DNA from: Takakia lepidozioides
Lineage: Eukaryota; Plantae; Bryophyta
Direction: 5' to 3'
Length of the DNA: 64,000 nucleotides
Assembly: GCA_030704615.1 (NCBI GenBank)
Contig: CM060733.1
Location: forward strand, 21,576,001-21,640,000
Part shown: piece after piece, positions 18,026 through 28,672 of the stretch
How positions within the stretch are numbered: the first letter of the stretch is position 1
Layout: each line of letters begins with the position of its first letter
The notes under the pieces: model-generated
The model's input: only the letters and a program-made list of their open reading frames with translations
Told to the model about the DNA's origin: nothing
The model's database searches: none
Position numbers and translations under genes: made by a program

Positions 18026-19842
18026 CTGAAAGTCTAGTAAATTTGACTCTGACATGTAAATTTCTTAGAAAGTGTATGGGTCACGAAATTGGAGCATGTG
18101 GGAAGCAGCCATTCTTTTAGTGGTGAATAATCGCCAGATTTCGACCTCGCGCGGGTCTTGGCGACAGAGGTAAAGGGAAATGAGGCTGAAAAATCATCAC
18201 TTTTCGCCAAAAGCTGATCTGATGGGCCAACCATTCGCTAGAGGGGCCGCCACAGGGAGGCACATGGCGCCATATTGAGTGAAGACAGTTTACAGCAGAG
18301 GAGCCAGATCCCACCGACCACGTGCAGGACATCGCCGCATTCCGAGTGCACGGGAGGACGTGGAGCCAGCTATGTTGCCCATTTTTGTACATATATATAT
18401 ATATGGGTAAGTATAGTATAGTTTGTATATCTAGACTTTGTAGTGACATATTTATAACATGTGTGTGGGTAGCTTAGTGGTAGAGACCTCCATTCGTATC
18501 TAGTCAACTTGGTGTTCAATTCCTAACTCCTCAACGTTTTTTTGATAGCAACCTAGTTTGGATGATAAAGTTCCTAAATATGAAAAAGGTGGCCGCGGAG
18601 GGGGGCAAAAGGGTGATTGCAGAGGAGGAGGATAACCAAAAGGGTGGCAGAGGGTTACAAAAACGGAATGAGAATGTCATTTATTCATTGTTTTTTGGAT
18701 GAAAGGACACATGTCAGCAAGTTTAGGACACATCTTCGTCCTTCTTTCATTTTTTTCCTCTCCTCTCTTTAGGCCTTAGGGCTGTTTGCAAGTTGCAGAG
18801 CGTGCTTTCGCATGCACTTTATGTTAGTATCAGTAATCACTCACGGCTGCGATTAAAGAGAGCTAAGGGGAAGGCTGCGATTGAATAGACCTAAGCGGCA
18901 ACTGTACAGATTCCGTGCTCGAAGTAATGGAAGGAGCCGCAATGCGTCAACAATTCCTTTACTATGATACATGTTGGTTCACTCTTTGATTCATTGCATG
19001 TTGTAAGCAAATTTGAGAGTTTATGTGGTTCGTGCATATGCTGCTTTGTCTTTGTGAGGTCTACTTTGAGTTGCATTTGTCTACTGTCTCATGGCTCCCA
19101 TAAGAGTGCCGAACAACTTCAAATACAAGTATTTTTTTAGCGACATAGTTCCTGCAACAGATGTTGCTTCGTCCAGTAACGTCAATGTGGATTCTTCTGA
19201 GCCTGAGGCCATTCTGTTGGATCCAGCAGAAGCTGAAGCTACACTTGACATGGCAAGGAAACGTGATAAGGTCTACAACAAGAACCGTCATTTTCAGGAT
19301 ATTTGGGCTGTCAAACTACCCTGGGCCGAATCTGTTGTTGGGGCAGATGGAAAGGTTCATGGGGTGCGGTGCAAAGTCTGCACACACATTGAGGATAAAG
19401 AGAAGTTACTAGTTCCTAAACTAGATTCATTGTGGAAGCATGCAGGTCAACGCAAAGCTCATGTGGCCATGCCTAGTGTGGCAGTGGGACAACATTACTT
19501 TCTGAAAACAAATGTGCATCTGCAAAATGAAAGACTCTTTGCTACTGCAAGTCGTTATTCAGTGGTGCAGCAGGTACAGCAGGGTATGACTGTGAATTGG
19601 AAGAAAAAACTTGTCCAGTTTGCCCTTGTTTTCCACCTCCTTGTGCAAGGTCGTCCTATGACAGATTATGAGGCCATGCAGGGTCTGTTTTCATTCCTGA
19701 AGGTACCTCACAATCCTGCTAAGCACTGGTCTGACTGTTTAGGGTGGGAAATGGCTGATTGCATGCACCGGAGTGTTTTGAGGGCCACTACAGAAGCTGT
19801 GGGGGCTTCTAAATTCATCTCCATAAGTGCTGATGAGGTTAC

Positions 19843-20813
19843 TGTCGCGCGGCTTTTAATCACCCATCCCTTCGCTATCCGAGGCGGGAACTCCAAGATA
19901 GAAGAGTTGGAAATCTCTAAGCACTCAGCCCGCTCAGAACAATCAGTCATGACCTACAGCTAGTGTATCATCCTATTTGTTTTTCTTCCCGCATTCATGT
20001 TAGCTAGTTACCTTACTGTTGGTATTTAAGTATCAATTTGCTTCAGAAATCTATCGGATTCCATCAACTCATCCATTCATTCCACAGCTTCACTCAGATC
20101 TCTCTACACAGTGTGAGTATGAAGTATGTATCAGATTAATATCTATCAAGTATCAGGCTGAAGCCATGGAGTCTCTAATCTGCTCTACATTACAACTCTA
20201 CTGCTTGCATTCATCAAGCATCAACAAATCGTCCTCCTCCTACTCCGTGCTCTCCCTCTTTCTGCTCAGAGATGCGCTCTCTGCCTTATTCCCCCCCAGT
20301 GATGTCCGAAGTCCCCCCAAGAAGTGATCTTTTTCCAGTCCTTGCTCCTGGCTTTATCTTCCTACCCATTGTTCTAACCGTTTCCCTCACTAACCGTCAT
20401 CCGTGAACTAACATGTTCCATTCGCAGATGTTGTTCCCCACAATCGTTCCCTGTCCTGCTATCAGTTCCCTATGGTCGTGACAGCTGTGTCAAGCTGTGA
20501 CTGGCTGTGTGAAACTGTGACTGGCTGTGCGACTGTGTTGGGCTGTGACTGGCTGTGACGGCTGTGTCAGCTGTGTCGGACTGTGACGGGCTGTGATGGA
20601 CTGTGAGGCTGTATTGGACTGTGACGAGCTGTGTTGGCTGTGACGGGCTATGTTGGCTGTGACGGGTTGTGTTGGATGTAACGGGCTGTGTAAACCCCCC
20701 CTAAAGTGCGCTGCTGTCAGCCCTAAGGCTCCTGTTGGTCTCAGTCTGTGCAAAAATTAAGGGTACCCCACAGATCCCGTAAAAGTGCCTAAGTCCCAGA
20801 CAGTCCTCTAACA
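19843..20813 (-). repeat. 3' LTR (971 bp, TGTTAG...CGCGACA)
   Basis: Begins just after the PPT and ends at the TSD. Confidence 0.85.
20477..20690. repeat. ~10-bp periodic tandem array (GGCTGTG core) in LTR U3
   Basis: About 20 units such as ggctgtgact, ggctgtgtga, ggctgtgacg. Confidence 0.9.
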
Positions 20814-20815
20814 TT

Positions 20816-20830
20816 ACCCCTTCCCCTCTC
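20816..20830 (-). promoter_or_regulatory. Polypurine tract
   Basis: GAGAGGGGAAGGGGT followed by AA then the LTR start TGTTAG. Confidence 0.85.
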
Positions 20831-20851
20831 AAAAAGCCGTGTCCTCACGGT

Positions 20852-23800
20852 TTACTGTTTGGGATTTGTAACCCTTTGTGAGCGAGCACCCTTCTGACGG
20901 TTAGAGTCTCGTGAAGGACTCCGTGTGCGAGCCCGTGTTCTATCACTGGTTGAGGGAGATGATTGAACACTACCTGGATATGTCAGTCCCTCTGGAGGCT
21001 GATATCGAGGTAATCTTTCAGGCATAGGAGACCCCCGTCGCTTCTTCTCTGCCATCTGAATTGCATAGTCCTCTGCCATGTCAAAAGAGTCTGCTGAAGA
21101 AACAGTTGTATCAGAATCCTCGTCCCCCCTGAGGTGTTTTAACTGTCGAACTTTAACTGGAATTCTCTGGGGCATACAATGTTGTCCCACCATGTCTGGA
21201 AGTTTAAACTGTAAAACTTGTTGTAAGCGCTGAATTGCAAAATTGGTGAAGACCCTGAGCTACTTGTCTGTCCAGGTGAGTGGTGTACCAATGACTTGTG
21301 AATTGTGCAAATATTTCCATGCCTCATGTCCCTTAAAGAAAATATCGTCAGGCCCGAATTTCTGTGTTGACAAATTGTTCCAGGTCGCATGAAACCATGA
21401 ACGAATCTGAGAATCCTTTTGCATCATAACTTTTGCCTCATATAGGTACATATGAGGTGGCACTGAAGATAAGACCCAATGATCCCCACTGGAATAACTC
21501 AGAAAGCGCGTTTGCATCTTCTGCTGCTCAATGTGGTAACGTACCATAAAACAAGCAGCGTAGTATAACCCGCAGCCCATGACAATACTTGCTACCTCTT
21601 TGGTCTTGGTATAAATGAATCCATGTACAACTTGGAAGGCAATTAATTCCTTCAACATGGTACTTGCCTCATGTCAGTACTGCGCAAAGTGATGATCTTC
21701 AATTGGTCGATTGTTCGGAAGAACTTTAATCCTAGTGGCCACTGGCAGCCAAATGCGCATGATTTGATAGTAATGTGTCAATGACTGCGGAGGACTAAAT
21801 TCTTTCCAAGCCAAATCCAACACAATGGGAATTTGGTTGAAGGGCATAATCATAGCCCGACTGTACTCCCGTGCAGCTGAAATTTTAGGTGGGTTAAAAG
21901 CAGCATTCCCCCATACCTCAGGCTGTGGTGTGGCTGTAGTAACAACAGGGTCAGCTACTGGCACAGTGACTTATTGTGGTGTTGGTGGCACTGGCTCTTG
22001 TACCATTGGCATCTCCTGCACCCCCTGCGAAGAAGACTGAAAAGCCAAAGTTCTCGCTTGTAAATAAGAAGCCATTAGCTGTTCCTCAGGTACACAGACT
22101 CTCTTGTCGATATTTGAAGTGAGGTCCTCCACTTGAGTCTGAAGGCCGTCTACATCCTCCTGTAACTCCGCTATCCTACTATAGACATTGTCTATAGTAA
22201 TTGTGGCAATGTTCTGCACTTGCAGTCTGAGCTCATTCATCTCGCTTTGGGTGAACTTTCGTGGTGCTTTGCCCTCCACCAGCCCTTGTGCTAACCAGAC
22301 CTGCATAAGGTGGTTATCCACCAAGTTGCTTGTGGCACCCCTTAGAGTCTGCTCCTCTGTGAGCCTGTACACATCTATCTGCTGCTGTAAAGCCTCCATG
22401 CGCTTCGCATGAGGTTCAACCAAACTCGCATAGGCAACAACCAGATTATTGGCTTCCTTCCAAGCCTTGTTAGCCACAGAGAGTTCATTTCTATTTACCA
22501 TGAACGCTTGTTGCAACTCCAGGATGTACCTCTCTTGGTCAGCTTCAACCTGCCTGTATTGTTTGAAAGTATTCTCATTGTGACAGATTGTATTCTTCAT
22601 ATCGACAATGAGTTTCAATTGCTCAACATTCTTTGTCTCTGCCTTCGTACATCTTTCCGCTTGACTGTTTATTTCTATTGTAGCTTGGTCAAGCATAGTT
22701 GTGAGTGTAGCACATTGTATGGTCATCCTGTCATGCACTGTCTGCGACTCCGTATGTAGTGCATTCACCTCTTGCAACTTGCTTTCATGCTTCACCTGCA
22801 TTTGGTATAGCTGTTGCTTATGTGCTTCGTGCAACTGGTCTTGCGCAAGGCCTGCCTCAATCAATTGTTCCTTGGCCAATTGCAAAGCCGCTTCTGTACT
22901 CTCTAAGTCTTGCTGCATCTTGAGAGTGACCTCTTCATCGACCTTGTTTGCACACTCAGTGGCAAGTTGAGCCTCAAACTCCTTCCTGAGTTCCTCCCTC
23001 AAAGCTGCCAATTGGGTAGTTGGAACATGGGATTTGACATAAGTGCCCAACAAATTAAGTGTCATGCTTATGGAACTCATAAGCATGGCCTGTTGAGGGT
23101 CATCATGGTGAGCTTGCTGCTGTTCTCCCTGATCCTCAACAGTGTGATGCCTCACGAACCACTCAGGCCATTGCCCCACCAGATTTTCTTCCTGAACCAC
23201 TTCATCCGTCACCGGTGCTGCAGTGTCTTGACATTCTACCTGTGGTACCTCCGTCACAGGTGTTTGTATTATATGCACCGCAGGGTTTCCCCTGGACAAC
23301 CGTTGCACCTCCAAAATCACTGTTTCCCTGACCAGACCAGAATATTCATAGAGAAGGTCCCCCTTCTCAATTTCTGCCACCACCTATTCTGTAGTGGGAA
23401 TATCTAACCCTTCTTTCTCCAAATCAATTATTTTTGGTGGAACTCCATGGACAACTTGTGGTAACTCTGTGACAAGCCGATCATCTGGCTGTGATGGCTG
23501 TGATACTGAAGTAACTTCCTTTTCCCTCTCTGAAGGTCCTGCTTCCACTAATTGCAGTTATCTGTGTTGTTGTGCCCCTTCCTGCACAAGAGCTTGGGAA
23601 ACATTATCATGCGGTTTCCGTAAAGCCAGTGGATCCGCCACTACAGTCTTTCCCCGCCTCTGTCTCTTAGTCTAGGGTTGCCCTGCCAGTCCACCCTCAC
23701 TGTGTGAAGAGCCTTGCTCTTCCATTGCAGTGGTTTCAGTCTCAAACACTCCCATCTCCTTTCTTTCTCGAGCATCAAATATGCAAGAATTATTTGAGCA

Positions 23801-24708
23801 ATGATTGGGCCAGACACTATGATAGGAGACCCGGCAGTGCCCTGTAATCTTTTCATCTCCTCTACCAGTGCGTTGTACATTATGTCCGCCCATGCTACCT
23901 CTTCTCCTCTCAAGGCTTTGAGTATTTCCTCTGTGAAGGATCTGCTCAAATACTGTTGGTTCTGTTTCATGGCAAACAGAACGTTCAATACCTGGCCTAC
24001 CTCCCTTAGCCCTGGGTACACGGCCTTGGTACAAGCATAACCCTGAGTTTTAAAGAAACTCCCTTCTTGGAATAAGTCCCATATTTGCAGTCTTGCCCTG
24101 TGCTCCTCCACATGCACCTGACCTGATGGCAATTCAAACAATTGCTGTAGGTATAGGGGAGTAATTTCTAATTCAACTCCCTTCACCATTGTTGCTCCTG
24201 TCCTAGGCTCAAAGTTCTGCAAGAATTGTAACATGTACTGTCTATGGTGCAATGTCCAATCTTTGCTTTGCAATCCTTCCAATCGCAGCTCCTTCAGTAA
24301 CTGTACCGCCTGTGGAGTAGCAATTGTTTGTTTCTGCAGGATTGTGGTGCTCTTCACCTTGATTTCTTCCATTCCTCTCACTCTCTTCATTCTATACCCA
24401 CAGAAAGGTTTTGGCTGTAACAATTGAAGAAATGCCTGCAGGGCACAAAGCATAAACGTATGGTTGCCACAAAAAGCTATGGGTAATTTCTTGTAAGCAT
24501 GCGGGGCTTGCAAGCATTGATTAAGAGAAAAGATCCGCTCTGTTCTTCCGTCCCTATGCCACTGCGGAAGTAATATTGCGAGCGTATAGTCTGTTAGTTC
24601 CTCCATAGCTTCAAAGCTATAGCATTGATGGTTTGTCCCGTCGAGACGCCCGTTACTTAGAACGACGCCGACTCTTGCGCTTAAATTCCCTCCAATTTCT
24701 TGATCCAT
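20852..24708 (-). pseudogene. Retrotransposon 3' accessory ORF (~1,280 codons), broken by 6 stops and 1 frameshift
   Basis: ORFs 23672-24034, 21971-23383, 21674-21964, 21260-21658 and 20852-21193 share one frame; 23641-24708 joins by a frameshift near 23765; N-terminal VKGVELEITP..LFELP..VAWADIMY..PIIAQII resembles the plant transposon-protein domain of gypsy extra ORFs; long coiled coil. Confidence 0.75.
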
Positions 24709-24929
24709 TTTCTGGCTTTGATTGGCTGTAACCGCTGGGACTGGATTTTAGATTTAATTTTCTTTAGTGGACTTTCCCTGCTGGACTGTCCACTAGGATA
24801 ACACATGTGACAATAATTTCGCTTTTCTGTACTTGTCGTTTGTTCCGTTGCCCTTTTTCCGTATTCATTAATGGGCCCGCCATTCATCCGAATTGACGTG
24901 CTAAGTAGGTATTTTGACGGCCATTCTTG

Positions 24930-27900
24930 TCATCTTTCTTGATGACACCTGTTCTTGCACTTCCTTCTCAGCTGTGTGTCGCGCCCTGACTTCCACGTGT
25001 CCCTTTCTAAACTGGCTTCCGTCCTTTCTTCCGCCGGCCATTTCCCTGAAGTTATCTTGCGTCCACCTGTCACTGATTCTATGGATTGTGTAACCCTAGT
25101 AGGCTGTGTTGAGCTGTGACAAGCTGTGTCATACTGTGGTACGCTGTGATAGGCTGTGACACGCTGTGGTAGGTTGTGATAGGCTGTATTGCGCCGTGCT
25201 GGGCTGTGATAGGCTGTGTTGCGCCGTGCTGGGCTGTGATAGGCTGTGTCGCTCTTGTTCTGCCCGCCCTGGTCATATATGCTCGGCTTAGCGACAAGTG
25301 CTCCATATTCCGTTGGTATCACTGGCGCAGCCCGTGACTGCTTTTGCGTTTCAACATGCAAATCATGTTGCAATGGTTTGTCATGGATACCACTGTACCC
25401 CTTCAACTTATTGGCATTGACTCTTCCCAACATCTCTTTGTTAATGGTTTGTAACATGGCGGTGTTGTTATCATACATCTTCTGTTATCATACAAACTTG
25501 TGAGGTCCTTTCCATGGTGATTTAAGCTTAGAAGCTTTAATCTTTCCTTTCTTCTCCAACCAGAGAACCAAATCTCCCGTCTGAAAAATCTTTATCTTGC
25601 CTTCATCAAACTGTTCATTTCTCTTCATCTGAATTCTGGTCATGTTATCAGCTGCATCAGCACGTACTTCTTCCACATGGTATAATTCATGTTTCCTGAC
25701 CTTAATTGAATCTTGCAATTCCATTCTCTTTCCCCATTCCGTTCTCATGGTAGGTAACAGGAATTCCACTGGAAGTAAAGCTTCCATACCATAAACTAAT
25801 TGGAATGGTGTATACTTAGTGGTGACTTTATATGAAGTCCTGTATGACCACAAAGCTGTCAGCAGCTTTGTATCCCAATCCGTTTTGTTTGCATTGACTA
25901 TCTTAGCCAAGATAGTACATAATATTTTGTTGGTAGCCTCTGCCTGTCCATTACCCTGTGGGTAATATGTTGTACTTTTCCTATGCACAATCATGAACTC
26001 TTTAGTCAATAATTCAATGGTCTCATTAATGAAGTGACTTCCCTGATCACTGATAAATTCCAAGGGACAGCCAAATCGTGGAAGTATGTTCTCATACAGG
26101 AACCTTGCTGTGGACTTGGCTGTGTTGTCCCTCAAAGCTTTAGCTTCCACCCACTTCGTAGTATAATCAGTGGCTGTAATTATGTACCTGTTCTGTGTAT
26201 TCTTGGCTGGTGGGTTAATTGGTCCAACAAAGTCTAGTCCCCATTTCTGAAATGGTTCCGTAGGCATTGTAGGATGCAAGGCAATCTTTCCAGATCTCTG
26301 CAAAGGTCTTAGCCTCTGACATTCATCACAACTCTGACAATACTTGTGTACATCTTTGAACAAAGTAGGCCACCGGTAACCTGCGAGTAGTATCTTCATA
26401 CTGGTAGTCTCTTCTCCAAAATGACCTCCAGCCACTCCTTTATGAACTTCCTCCAAAACTTTATTTACTTCATGGTGGTACAAGCATCGTTTAAGTACTC
26501 CATCAGGTCCTAGCTTATACATTCTGTTTCCTACCATAGTATAAGGTAAAGCCTTGATAGCGATTCTCTTCCTCTGCTCCTTACCATAACTAGGTGGGCA
26601 TTGACCATGAGTAAGGTAGTATCTGATTGGCCACTGCCAATCTAACCATTCATCTGCACTTCCTTGCACCTCCATTACAAATAAACTCGCATCAGGTAAC
26701 TGATCGTCTACTCCTGTGGCGGCCTCTCCTGTTGTTAGTCGTGACAAATGATTTGCCACAAGATGCAAACGGCCAGGCTTGTAAACAACTTCGAACTCAA
26801 ACTCATGCAAGATTATTAACCACCTCGCTATCCTTCCACTTATCAAAGGTTTGTTCACCACATATATCAGAGCCTGGTGATCCACATAAAACATAAATTT
26901 TCTTCCCAATAGGAATGCCTGAATTTCTTGACTGCATAAATCATTGCCAGTGCTTCTCTTTCAGTTGTGCTATAGTTCCTTTCAGCACTGTTCATCAACC
27001 TGCTAGCATAGTACACAGGTGAATCTATATTTCCTGTAACATTCTGGGCTAACACCGCTCCCAACGCTTCTCCTGAGGCATCACAGTGAACATGAAATAC
27101 TACATGCCAGTGAGGGTTAATCAGCACAGGTGTAGTTGTTACTGACAATGTAAGTTCCTCAAAAGCCTGTTGACATTCAGCTGTCCATGCAAACACTGCA
27201 TCTTTCTTCAGAAGCTTGCTCAATGGTGCTGCTATTTGTGCATACCTTTTGACAAATCTTCTGTAATAACTGGTTTGCCCAAGGAATCTCCTTAGACTCT
27301 TAACATTTGCTAGTGGTGGAGAGGCTTTAATGGCCTCTGTCTTCCTGGGATCCACAAGAAGTCCCCTCTTACACACAATGTGTCCCAGAAGCACGTCTGA
27401 GTTCACACAGAAAGTACATTTCTCTGGATTCAGGCCCAGACCTCTCATTCTGCATCTGGCGAGACATAATTCCAACTTATGCAAGTGCTCATTCTTAGAG
27501 TTGTACACACTAAAATCATCCAAGAATACCTGCATGAAATCATCCAGATAGTCATGAAAAGATTCACTTATCACTCTCTGAAAGGTTGCTGGTGCATTAT
27601 AAAGTCCAAAGGGCATGACTTTGTATGCATAAGCACCCCAGTCTGTGATGAAAGCTGTCTTTCCCTGGTCTTATTCTGCCACTTGCACTTGATTATAACC
27701 ACTGAAGCCATCCATGAATGAGTACATCTCATGGCCTGCCACAGTGTCCAATACCGCTTCTGTGAATGGTAAGGGAAAATGATCTTTCTTCGTGCAAGCA
27801 TTCAACTTCTTATAGTTCACACAAACTCTCAGTTTACCATTCTTCTTGGGAACTATCACAATGGGTGACAACCAAGTTGTATACTTTATTGGGTATATAA

Positions 27901-28672
27901 ACTTAGCCTCAGCCAACTTCTTGATCTCTTCTCCAACCTTCTGTGCATAGTTGGGATTCATTCTGTACCTTGCCTGCTTGATTGGTACTGACCCTGGTTC
28001 CAGTTCAATCTTATGCTGACAGATTTCAGGTGGTATCCCTTTTAGATCCTCATAGCTCCAAGCAAATACATCTCTGTATTTGATGAACAAACTCTTAGCT
28101 TCTTCAAAGAATTCTGGCTCCCAATCGGCTCCTACCTTCACCATCCTCGGTTCTTCTTTAGTTCCCACATTCACTTCCCTCACCTGCTCATCAGCTGTGA
28201 TTGTCCAACCAGTCACCACTTCATCCTGTAAACTCACAGTGGTTGGTTCCTCTAGGATTTCCATTTCTCCTTCTCTTTCTTCATAGAAATGTGATGGGTA
28301 ACTGCTGGTTTCCTCTTCAATTGGTGTTGCTGACACTACACCACAGCAGATACTTCTTAAACAACTTAGGCCTTCCAGTCGCATCTCTGCAACCTGCTCC
28401 CACTCTGGGTGTGCCGCAAACAGGGTAGCTTCCTGCTCCTCATCCAGTCCTCCTCTCCAGTCATACTCTCTGACCCCTTGAGGTCTTCTCGTAGCAGGTA
28501 ATCTACTAGATTTCTTTGTGGTAATTTGTATCTCGTGCATCCCATTATGCACGGTTAATAACTGAGAATTCCAGTCATGGAATACCCTGGCATGTTTCAG
28601 CCACGGACGTCCCAATAATAAGGAGTAAGCCTCCATGACTTCATCCATCTTCAACACAGTTACTGTGATCAT
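24930..28672 (-). pseudogene. pol: Gypsy pol (protease C-terminus, RT, RNase H, integrase with GPY/F)
   Basis: LLLGRPWL; WLSPIVIVPKKNGKLRVC; MDGFSGYNQ; MPFGLYNAPATFQR; FLDDF; CDASGEALGAVL; HHCC; WGLDFVGP; ISDQG; PQGNGQAE; WKGPH; stops at 27671 and 25488, frameshift near 26915. Confidence 0.95.
25101..25250. repeat. Second ~10-bp GGCTGTG tandem array between integrase and the accessory ORF
   Basis: aggctgtgtt, gagctgtgac, aggctgtgac, gggctgtgat; includes a duplicated 30-mer. Confidence 0.88.

Noticed and set aside
20477-20690. CRISPR-like array (also 12280-12790 and 25101-25250)
   Set aside because: Degenerate head-to-tail repeats without unique spacers, eukaryotic context, no cas genes
21971-23383. 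env gene or host myosin/SMC gene
   Set aside because: No signal peptide or TM segment; generic coiled coil that is part of the larger retroelement ORF
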